Virus record (IMG/VR): IMGVR_UViG_3300033121_001553
Location: 1 to 64,000 of that record
Length of the DNA: 64,000 bases
Source: a virus
Lineage: Duplodnaviria > Caudoviricetes
Direction: 5' to 3' (one strand)
Shown here piece after piece: positions 10,668 through 19,368 of this stretch. The translations under genes and the position numbers were made by a program. The notes under the pieces were generated by a model. It saw nothing but the letters and a program-made list of their open reading frames with translations. It ran no database searches and had not been told where the DNA came from. Within the stretch, counting starts at the first letter, position 1; the number at the start of each line of letters is the position of its first letter.

Positions 10668-11588
10668 ATGGGTCTCGGTCTTGTTTGTCACTACGTCGTT
10701 CCAAACGCAAAAGGTGTGCTTGTCAACGTTGTTGGCAACCGAACGATACGTCACAGCGATATCAAGTCCGGCTCAGCGACACGCAGTCGGATCAAGGAAG
10801 TAGCACTTCACAACATACGTTCGCATTTCCCGTACATCGGTAAAATTGCTGACATCGGCGCTTCTACGTACAGGATCACGTCTGTCCTGTTTCCGTCCGG
10901 TGATCAGACATACGAGTGGCTGCTGCAGGATGACGAAATTGTTGCAGCGTTGCAACATTTCGGTGATTTGATGCGAAAGTATCAACTACGCCCCAGCTTT
11001 CATCCAGGCCAGCACTGCTCTCTATCATCAAACAATTCAGACGTCGTTGCACGTGCTATCGTTGATCTTGCGCATCACGCTGCTATATTCGATGCAATGA
11101 AGTTTCCGCGTTCGCACGCTGCGAGCATCAACGTGCATGGCGGTGGTGCTGGTCGCATCGATAACCTGTGCAGCTCTATTGAACTGTTGCCAGACGCTAT
11201 TCGTTCACGTCTAACTCTCGAGAACGACGAGACGTGCTACAGCGTTGCTGATCTCGCTGTAGTGCACAGTCGCTGCGATGTCCCAGTCGTCTTCGACTCT
11301 CATCACCATACGTTCAATGACGGCGGGCTGTCTGCAGATGATGCGTACGAAGTCAGCAAGCTTACATGGCCAACCGACGTCAGGCCGCTCATGCACGTTG
11401 CAAGCACCGAACCAGAGCTTGTCAACGGCAGCTTTAACGAACGTCGACGTCACAGCCGTATGCTGCACAGCGTGCTCGAAGCTCAGCGCGTCGGCGCCAT
11501 ACGCGATGAAATTGATCTTGAGCTCGAGTGCAAAGACAAGAACATCGCATTTATCGATGCACGTGCTCGATACTTTTCGCGTATCTAG
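10668..11588 (+). CDS. uvsE: UV damage endonuclease UvsE/UVDE
   Basis: LGLVC, YRITS.LFP, SFHPGQ, INVHGG, LTLENDE, PVVFDSHHH, ELECKDK. Confidence 0.92.
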   Translation: MGLGLVCHYVVPNAKGVLVNVVGNRTIRHSDIKSGSATRSRIKEVALHNIRSHFPYIGKIADIGASTYRITSVLFPSGDQTYEWLLQDDEIVAALQHFGDLMRKYQLRPSFHPGQHCSLSSNNSDVVARAIVDLAHHAAIFDAMKFPRSHAASINVHGGGAGRIDNLCSSIELLPDAIRSRLTLENDETCYSVADLAVVHSRCDVPVVFDSHHHTFNDGGLSADDAYEVSKLTWPTDVRPLMHVASTEPELVNGSFNERRRHSRMLHSVLEAQRVGAIRDEIDLELECKDKNIAFIDARARYFSRI

Positions 11589-11591
11589 GTA

Positions 11592-11597
11592 TATTTA
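11592..11597 (+). promoter_or_regulatory. Putative late promoter TATTTA
   Basis: TATTTA 11 nt upstream of the ATG at 11609; the motif recurs before at least 10 genes. Confidence 0.45.
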
Positions 11598-11608
11598 GCT
11601 TTTGAAAT

Positions 11609-12019
11609 ATGCCACTAGACGTACAAAGAGCCGGAATTAATTCGGTCGTTGAATACCAGGCGAGCGCATTGCCATGGGTAACATCATCGACCGCAAGCAC
11701 AGCTGTTACAGAGTACAATCTACCAAAAGTAACCAAATTCGTAACTGTCACGAATCACGGTTCGTCAAGCCAGCAGCTCAGGCTTGGATTTACGCGCAAC
11801 GGTGTATCTGGCGTAAGCTCGCAGCAATACTACTACATGATAGACGGCGGGCAGGCGCTTACATTTGATGTGAGAGTGAAAGCGCTGTATGTACGTGCCG
11901 ACGGTGGTACGATAAGCTACAGCTTGATGTGCGGTCTTACAACGATCGACTCTAATCTCATGCCGACGCTGAGCGGTACGCTACCAAGCGGTGACAGCGG
12001 ATGGGCAGGGGTTGGTTTA
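11609..12019 (+). CDS. Putative structural protein (beta-rich); ends at TTA
   Basis: S/T/G-rich; YQASALPWVTSS; ends ...GWAGVG then TTA at 12017-12019. Confidence 0.65.
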
Positions 12020-12318
12020 AAACTATAGCTGGCGCATCTGATGAACGCAGGCAAATAGTGGATGCCTGCGTTACTGCGCTTGCTATCAAGATAGAAGAAG
12101 AACGTCTACTGTTCCGTGCAGAAGCAAACGGATCTGCAAAGCTTTTTGCAGATCTTGTTAATTTGCAGTCTGAGTTTCCTTGGCTCGCGTTTGAGCTAGA
12201 CAAACGCGATAAGAAGGAGCACGTGTGCCCAGGCGAGTACACAAAGCTTCTACTCGAGCGTGGACGTATACCAAAGAGAGAAGTTACGAATCTGTTGCGT
12301 CTTGCATGTATAGAATGA
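12001..12318 (+). CDS. Hypothetical protein (start uncertain)
   Basis: ORF fills the gap in the co-directional block. Confidence 0.5.
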   Translation: MGRGWFKTIAGASDERRQIVDACVTALAIKIEEERLLFRAEANGSAKLFADLVNLQSEFPWLAFELDKRDKKEHVCPGEYTKLLLERGRIPKREVTNLLRLACIE

Positions 12319-12330
12319 TACGTACTATAC

Positions 12331-12570
12331 GTGAGCAAGACAAGCAGAACGCCATTTCAAACATACTACAAGTTTGTAAAAGAACTATCAGAGAATGATA
12401 AGATCATTGACTTCACGCTTTATAAGCTGAGGCAGCGAGCCAGTCAAACTCAGAATTCAGCAAATAAACTCAACTACGCTAAAATAATCAGCATGTACAA
12501 AAATGGTAAGATTGCTATAGCGTGGAAATGCGGAGCGCCAGTGTATATTGACCTTTCAAAGTTGCAGTAA
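12331..12570 (+). CDS. Hypothetical basic protein
   Basis: 79-aa ORF, GTG start. Confidence 0.6.
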   Translation: MSKTSRTPFQTYYKFVKELSENDKIIDFTLYKLRQRASQTQNSANKLNYAKIISMYKNGKIAIAWKCGAPVYIDLSKLQ

Positions 12571-12590
12571 CATCGTATTATCCACTATCA

Positions 12591-14168
12591 ATGGAAAACG
12601 TAGAGATACCAACGATAGTTGTCGGTGAAGATGCAAGACGTGGTGTGTTGGGTGGTATGCGTGCCGCAGCACGAGTTGTTGGCACGACCATGGGTCCAAA
12701 CGGTAAAACTGTTATCGTCAAGAAAAGCGACGGTAAGCCAATACTCACGAAAGACGGTGTAACAGTGTGTAAGTCTGTCGCATTGAAGCATCCAGTAGAA
12801 ATGATCGGTGCTCAGCTGCTGATGGATGCCGCCAGCAAAACGAATGAACTCGCTGGCGACGGCACAACGACAGCGACAGTGCTCGCGCATGATATGTGCG
12901 AGAAAGCGATGAAGTACATCGTGTCAAACGTGTCTGTGAATGAGCTACGTCGTGGTATAGAGCACGCGACAAATAAACTGTCAGAAGAGCTTGAGTCGAT
13001 CTCAGTCGCTGCTGACTGCGGTAATGTGCTTTCACTTGTCGCTACGATATCTGCTAACGGTGAAGAATCGATCGGCAAGATCGTAGAACAGGCTTTCGCA
13101 AGCGTTGGTAAGAATGGCATAGTGACAGTTGAAGATGCTAAAAGCGCAGTTACGTCGCTTGAGCTGCTTGACGGTGTTAGATTCGACAGAGGATTTATGT
13201 CACCGTATTTCATAACGCATCAAGACAAAATGGTCTCGTTGCTTGAAGACGCAAATATTCTTATCGTCGATGGTAAGCTAACAAGCGCAGCCGATATCGT
13301 TCCAGCAATGCAAGTTTCAGTTGCAGCAAAGCGTAGCTTGCTCATTATTGCATCAGACGTTGAAGCTGAAGCATTGCAGACGCTCATCATAAATAAGACT
13401 CGCGGCGTTGCGAACGTGTGCGCTGTTCGTGCGCCGAACGACAAAACGTTTCTCGAAGATCTTGCGACTGTGTTTGGCGCAACGCTGTTTTCGCAGAGCG
13501 CCGGCATGAATCTCAAGTCTGTCACGAATGAACAGCTCGGTAAGGCAAAGAAGGTTGTTGCTGACTCAAAAACTTGCACCATGGTTTCACCTGGAGCCAC
13601 CAACCAAGCCACACAGAAGCTTCTAAAAGAAATCAGTGATATCCTGCAAGACCCAACTCTATCGCAGGAAGAGAAAGAAAAATTCCAGAAGCGCACAACT
13701 GTTTTGTCATCGAAGGTCGCTCTCATCAGGGTCGGTGGCTCAACAGAGATTGAGCTAGTCGAGCGCAAGCATCGTATAGAAGACGCTGTGTGCGCAGCTC
13801 GTGCAGCGCTAGAGCGTGGTATCATACCAGGCGGTGGCGTATCGCTAGCGCGTATCGCGTCAAAGCTAAAGTCAGCTCTGAAACCTGGAGATCAGCACTA
13901 CTACGGTTCTTACATCGTTTACGAAGCAGCGTCTGCTCCGATGAAACGTATCGTTGACAACGCCGACTTGAACGGCGGTAGCATCGTTGATGCTGTACCA
14001 ACGAGAGAAGATGATGAATGCTACGATGCTGTAGGACGTAAGTGGGTAAAGTGGATCGATGCTGGCATAATAGACCCTCTCAAGGTCACGTTGACGGCTC
14101 TTGAGCACGCATCGTCAGTTGCTGCAGCGTTCGTCACACTCGACGCTGTAGTTATTACTGATGACTTA
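12591..14168 (+). CDS. groEL: Phage chaperonin GroEL; ends at TTA
   Basis: TMGPNG, TKDGVTV, GDGTTTATVLA, FDRGFMSPYF, GIIPGGG, GIIDPLKV; only in-frame TTA at 14166-14168 after VVITDD. Confidence 0.96.
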
Positions 14169-14343
14169 TCTCCCTGGTGATATCGTAGATGTAAGCGGTG
14201 CTTCAAATTATATTGTACCAGCTTACAAAAAGAATAAAATTGGTGTTGTTATCTTTCGTCCAACAGAAGCAACGATAGCTGTAGCGCACGACGGCAAGAT
14301 CATTAGTCTCTTCAATAGCGAAGTGAAACCATACCTAAGTTGA
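14161..14343 (+). CDS. Small hypothetical protein (SH3/KOW-like)
   Basis: YLPGDIV...IGVVI pattern; 60 aa. Confidence 0.55.
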   Translation: MTYLPGDIVDVSGASNYIVPAYKKNKIGVVIFRPTEATIAVAHDGKIISLFNSEVKPYLS

Positions 14344-14350
14344 AAACATC

Positions 14351-14593
14351 ATGTCAAAAAAGAAGCAAGAAGAAGAAGAAGTTGAAGTAGAGAAGTTCGT
14401 TGAACTACGCGGTGTTGTTCTCGAGGCAATGCCAAGCGCAACGTTTATCGTTAGCTGCGATGGTCACTCTGTCCTAGCACGCGTGAACGGTAAGATGCGT
14501 CAGTCTAAGATACGCGTTTTGCCGGGTGACAATGTTGTTGTGCAAGTTTCTCCGTACGATATGAGTTTGGGCAGAATATCGCAAAGGCTCTTA
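14351..14593 (+). CDS. infA: Translation initiation factor IF-1; ends at TTA overlapping the next ATG
   Basis: GVVLEAMPSATF, LARVNGKMR..KIRVLPGD.V.V.VSPYD...GRI; TTATGA junction. Confidence 0.93.
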
Positions 14594-14787
14594 TGAGTCA
14601 TGCTATACTGCCAGGTGACTACGTTGATACGCACATCGCGTTCACACGCGATGTTAGTGTTTTGCGAATCGTACTCTCTGTTAGAAACTACGCGTTCGGT
14701 AAGATACTAACGTTGATATCAGTTACAAGCGACTCGATAGATATTTTTGAAATGGACAGCGCACTTTGCAGAAAGATCAACATCTTA
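14593..14787 (+). CDS. Small hypothetical protein; ends at TTA
   Basis: ILPGDYV start; TTA at 14785-14787 removes a 95-nt overlap and precedes TATTTA at 14793. Confidence 0.55.
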
Positions 14788-14809
14788 CTAGATATTTACA
14801 ACAGACGCC

Positions 14810-15688
14810 ATGAAGAAAAACAAGTACACAGATCTAAAGCTTCAAACAGAAGCAAAAATTTCAAAACTTATCTCGCAGTGCGGTGGTACAGCACTTATTG
14901 CTGAGAGCGTTCTCGCTGAAGACCGTCACGTGTATGTACGTGAACTTGTTTCTGAGGCGGTGAATCACGAGAAGTACACGATTCTAGAAGCATTCGAGAG
15001 CATGACTGGTGATGAAGTTGAACAGCAGTTTGAAGCGATGCTTGACGCTGCTGATCTTGTCTCACGCAGTTTGAAGCTCGGTTCACTTCGTCGTGCTTCA
15101 GACGAAGCACGCCAACTCGGTGCCGCTGAGCAGGGACTGCTCATGGCTGGAACAATCACGCGTCTGCTCATGGCCGTCTCGCATGTTTTCGTTGCTGATT
15201 CTGAGAGCGAGGGCGGAAAGGCAGCTGGAATGGTACGCTCTCTCATGACGAGCCGCGAAGCAACAACATCGTCTCTCATGAGAGCGCTTGCAAGCTTTGA
15301 CGCTGCAGCGCTTGATGTTGATCACGAGGAAGAGGGTTTCTTCTCTCGTTTCAAGAAAGCTGTTGGAATGAAGCGCAGCGGAACAGGCAACATGACAGAG
15401 CGATTCCGCAACGAGCTTATGTCTGTCGTTCGCTCGAAGGCACCGGGCGCAGCACGTCTGCTCGATCTCGATGCGTTTGTTGATGAGCTGATGAACGCTC
15501 AGACATCAGTCGCACGCATGGTGAAGGTGTTCAAGAACTACGAGTCTTACGTACTCGACTACGTTGATAACGACATGCTCATGAGTATGGTAACGCAGCC
15601 ACGTGGCATCATGAACGCGCTAAAGAGCGCTTGGCAAGGTTTCACCAGCGGTGGAGCTCCTTGGACAGGTCGTCAGTCGATGAGATTA
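14810..15688 (+). CDS. Hypothetical protein (possible internal head protein); ends at TTA
   Basis: Preceded by TATTTA; TTA at 15686-15688 just before the terminator. Confidence 0.75.
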
Positions 15689-15706
15689 GTACAAAGCTTA
15701 ATATGC

Positions 15707-15741
15707 AAAAAGCCAGGTGGATTTTATCCACCTGGCTTTTT
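15707..15741. terminator. Bidirectional intrinsic terminator
   Basis: AAAAAGCCAGGTGGAT-TTT-ATCCACCTGGCTTTTT, a perfect 16-bp inverted repeat with U-tracts on both strands, between convergent genes. Confidence 0.9.
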
Positions 15742-16221
15742 TAATTTCTTAATACGCTGTTTTGCAGCTATGCTTTTTGTAGAGTCATTTAGAAGATAAC
15801 CAACTGGACGTTCACTAATATCGTCGTTTTTTGACGCTTCAAACTTTTTAATATTTTCAAGTTTATTTTTTTCATCATCCCAGATGCATTTGATATCTTG
15901 AACAATATCGTTCAGCGCTTGTAGTGAACCGTTCGCAGTCGCGTATTTTTCTTCTGCTTCAAGCTGTAGCTGCAGAATAAGACTTATGCATTGATTTGTG
16001 TATTTTATCGCATACTCCGACTCCTTCACTGTCAGCGTATTTGAATTTCTTTGTTCATAAATTGACTTCAAGTATTCATTAAGTCTCTTTGCACCAATAC
16101 CAAATGCATTTTTTGATGCAAAGAGACTTTTCACTTCCTCTTCGTACGCTTCTTTCTTATTGTCTGCTTTTATGCCAACAAGATATATACCTGCAATTTT
16201 TCCTTCATGAAATTCGCTCAT
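15742..16221 (-). CDS. Hypothetical coiled-coil protein; ends at TTA
   Basis: In-frame TTA at 15742-15744 abuts the terminator. Confidence 0.7.
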
Positions 16222-16227
16222 ACATCA

Positions 16228-17859
16228 TTAATAACCAAAAATCTCAACTGTTATAATCGAACCGCTACGTAGACGCATAGGAAATTTCAAGTCACCAGTC
16301 GCTGCAGCTGTGCCTGGATAAACGTCATTTGGATTCGTTATGCTTGTACCTGGTACAAGCAGTATACCGTTAAGATAAATGTTCAAATCATTGGAAAATG
16401 CGCGGCCAGTGTAGTTAAGCAGCGGCGCATCAAGATTCGTTGGGTAGGTAACGTTAACGTCTGCATTTACAGTCGTGTTAATACCAGCTTGCGCTCTATA
16501 ACGCTTAAGCGAACTTGACAATGAAGATGAAATAAAATTAAATGCTCCGAGTACGGAGTAGTTTGGATAACCTGACTGAAATGAGTTCCACTCAGCAGTT
16601 GACGTTGCGAATGGAATCAAACCACCCGTGTACGTTGATGCGCCACCGTATCCATCACCGAACTGTATGTACGTTCCACCTGACAGTACAAGATTGCTAC
16701 CGCTTGCAGCACGCAGTGTTAGTCCAGCAGCAGAGTCGATCTGACCAGCTGTTGTCCCAATATTAATCTGAGTAGAACCTGTCGCTGCTTGAATACCCAG
16801 CTGAAATGCAGATGGTAGCGAACTAGAAATTCTAAACTGGTTCAGGTTATACGTCAGTGTATTTGCGCCACCAGCATCTGATACAAGCTTCCACAGCTCT
16901 GTAGTACCACTCAAAAATGTCCACGAAACGCCTGCAGCAAGTCTAATGCTAGTATTATCGCTATCAAGCGCAACTGTAGTCGACTGATTATCCAATGCAC
17001 GCTGTAGCGTAATATCTGTCAATGTTGCAAATGCGCTTGAAACAGGATTTGGATAGTCGACAAAAATTGTATTGCTTAGATAAGCATCTTCTGGTAGAGA
17101 GTCAAAGTTAATTCTCTTAACATATGAATACTGGATCACACGTCCGCCAATGTCAGCAGCAGATGCTGACGTAAACGATGATGTACCATTCGTGTTAAGC
17201 TCACGTACGAAAGAAATTTGCGAACGTCTTGTTGTATCATTGAATGCATCGCCAGTCGAAGCGCTTGATTCGACCTGCAGCAAACCGTAGATCTGCTGTC
17301 CACCGTTCGCGTAGCTTGATGTTACAGGATCAAACGTATACGCATCACGCACAATAACAAGATTTTTTGGTGCATTTACAAAAGAACCAGAAATTTGTGC
17401 TACAGACCAACTACCGTAGCTACCCTCGCTACCGCTCAACAACGCAACAAGCGTGCCAGTTGCGTAAGAATCAGTACCAAGCACTATGTAGTCGTTCGGT
17501 GCAGTTCCGATAGAAGAACTCAACAACGCAAAATTTGATCCCGTAGCAACAAATACAAGATTCAGATTTTGCGTTCTAAACAAAAATCTATGCTGCTCTA
17601 CATCTACAAGATCGCTGCCAATTGTATTCAATCCGCGTGCGGGATAGATGCCGTAAACACCAGATACTTGCTGCAACGCATCGTACCAGCTACCCGTAAC
17701 GCTTGCATGTATCATTTGACGCAGCTGTGTTCTTATTGCGTTTAGATCTTCCTGTAGATTTGTAGAACCTGTTTGAAGTCCAACGCCTGTTGTCAGAGCA
17801 TCGTTGAAGCCTTCTGATGAAAATATTTGAGTTGGCTGCGATACGAACGTGCGTGCCAT
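16228..17859 (-). CDS. Putative virion structural / tail-associated protein
   Basis: 543 aa, S/T/G-rich; C-terminal IYLNGILL..G....NDVY..GDLKF motif. Confidence 0.7.
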   Translation of the reverse strand: MARTFVSQPTQIFSSEGFNDALTTGVGLQTGSTNLQEDLNAIRTQLRQMIHASVTGSWYDALQQVSGVYGIYPARGLNTIGSDLVDVEQHRFLFRTQNLNLVFVATGSNFALLSSSIGTAPNDYIVLGTDSYATGTLVALLSGSEGSYGSWSVAQISGSFVNAPKNLVIVRDAYTFDPVTSSYANGGQQIYGLLQVESSASTGDAFNDTTRRSQISFVRELNTNGTSSFTSASAADIGGRVIQYSYVKRINFDSLPEDAYLSNTIFVDYPNPVSSAFATLTDITLQRALDNQSTTVALDSDNTSIRLAAGVSWTFLSGTTELWKLVSDAGGANTLTYNLNQFRISSSLPSAFQLGIQAATGSTQINIGTTAGQIDSAAGLTLRAASGSNLVLSGGTYIQFGDGYGGASTYTGGLIPFATSTAEWNSFQSGYPNYSVLGAFNFISSSLSSSLKRYRAQAGINTTVNADVNVTYPTNLDAPLLNYTGRAFSNDLNIYLNGILLVPGTSITNPNDVYPGTAAATGDLKFPMRLRSGSIITVEIFGY

Positions 17860-17866
17860 ATAAAAT

Positions 17867-18316
17867 TAAATATGGATACGTTGCGAGTATGTTGCTCCCA
17901 CTACGCGGTGCGTAGTTCAAATTTATATTGCTACCAGTAAGAGTGTAGTCATTGCTTGCTCCCTGCTGTTGTAGTATACCATTTACATAAAACATAAGAG
18001 CTGTAGCTGGGTACGGTGTATGTTGAAGTCCGTAATAAATATTTGTACCATCTGCGCTTCCAGAAGGAGTTTCCATCCACGCTATGGTGCTGCCAAGAGA
18101 CGAGCTGACTGAAATTATCAATTCGCCTTGCGCACCAGTATCTGTGATCAGTATACCAGTGCCAGCTTTGATGACACGAGCGTTCGGCGGAATCGTATAA
18201 GAACCACTAACAACAGCGAATTGCGTGTTTTGTATATGAGAATCAATTTGAGGATGAGTATTACTACCAATCCCTTCTAGCTCATCATGATTCTCGATTA
18301 CTCTTACAGCTGTCAT
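17867..18316 (-). CDS. Putative structural protein (beta-sandwich tail module); ends at TTA
   Basis: ETPSGSADGTN..F.VNGILQ..G.SNDYTLTG..I....AP..GS.ILATYPY then TTA; removes a 170-nt overlap. Confidence 0.7.
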
Positions 18317-18379
18317 GCGTGTCAGAAATTATAGTTCGTCAAAAAGCAAAAGTACGTAAAACGTATATAGTAAAGTAGT

Positions 18380-18856
18380 ATGACTCGCACGCCAGATAGT
18401 TTTCCTGGAACTAGAATTGAAGAAAGCATAGTCTTCATTTCTGGCAGCGATTTTCCTGTTGAAAATGGGCAAATCACTTATGTATCTGGCGCTGGATTTC
18501 AATTTTATGAAGAAGGAATCATAAGAACGCTGTCTGCTAGTAACGGTGTTACTGCTACAGACCATAATAAGCTAGCTCAACTAATTCATCTAGCAGAGTC
18601 TGGTGGACCATGGCAAGGATATGCTGGTGCGATTAAAGAAACGGGCCCTTTTCCGTTTCATACGGCAAGCGTTTGGTGGACAGATGCTACAAAAACAAAA
18701 AAAATAGTGCAAAAAGTTATTACAAGAAATAGCAATAAAGCTCCTGTAACGGTGCAGTGGACGGCATATCAAACTGATGGTATAACAGTTGCAGAAATGC
18801 TAACTGATACGATATATTACAATGGTGTATTTGAAATCTCAAGGTCTAGAGCATGA
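18380..18856 (+). CDS. Putative structural protein
   Basis: C-terminal domain (LAQLIHL..WWTD..ITRN..QWTAY..DG) paralogous to the next gene. Confidence 0.7.
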   Translation: MTRTPDSFPGTRIEESIVFISGSDFPVENGQITYVSGAGFQFYEEGIIRTLSASNGVTATDHNKLAQLIHLAESGGPWQGYAGAIKETGPFPFHTASVWWTDATKTKKIVQKVITRNSNKAPVTVQWTAYQTDGITVAEMLTDTIYYNGVFEISRSRA

Positions 18857-19368
18857 GTGATAATCCAGCAGCGCTCCTTGTTGATCTATCTGGTAGTCAG
18901 GTTGGTACGTCAACGAATCCGCTCTTTATCAGCGGTTCGCTTTCACAGCCAACGATTCAAATAAATAACAATGTTTATACGATAGAACAACCAGGCGCAG
19001 ACGTCTCTGCTTCGTTTATTCTTGTATCAACGACAGGTTCGCTACCAAATAGCAAAGCTCATTCAACGTTGCGTCAGCTAATTCATCTAGACGACTCTGA
19101 CGGTCCGAGAGGATCAGCGTGGGCAACTGGGCTTGTAAAAGATATAGATACTAGCAGTCCATTTCCAAGCGGAGCTATTTGGTGGACAAGCGTTGCGCGT
19201 ACGCAAAGAATAGCTGACGTAACGATTACAAGAAATGATAAACAACAACCGACAGTAATTCAATGGCGTGCTTACGAAAGCGACGGCGTGACAGTCGCAG
19301 AATCTTACACAGATACGATTACATACGTAGGAATATCAGAGTCAACAAGAGTAAGAACTCAACCATGA
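18853..19368 (+). CDS. Putative structural protein, paralog of 18380..18856
   Basis: LRQLIHL..WWTS..ITRN..QWRAY..DG; N-terminus resembles the tail-fibre start. Confidence 0.7.
   Translation: MSDNPAALLVDLSGSQVGTSTNPLFISGSLSQPTIQINNNVYTIEQPGADVSASFILVSTTGSLPNSKAHSTLRQLIHLDDSDGPRGSAWATGLVKDIDTSSPFPSGAIWWTSVARTQRIADVTITRNDKQQPTVIQWRAYESDGVTVAESYTDTITYVGISESTRVRTQP

Noticed and set aside
12745-14206. Antisense and alternate-frame ORFs over groEL, and similar shadow ORFs across the track
   Set aside because: They lie within recognised genes and have no motifs or start signals.
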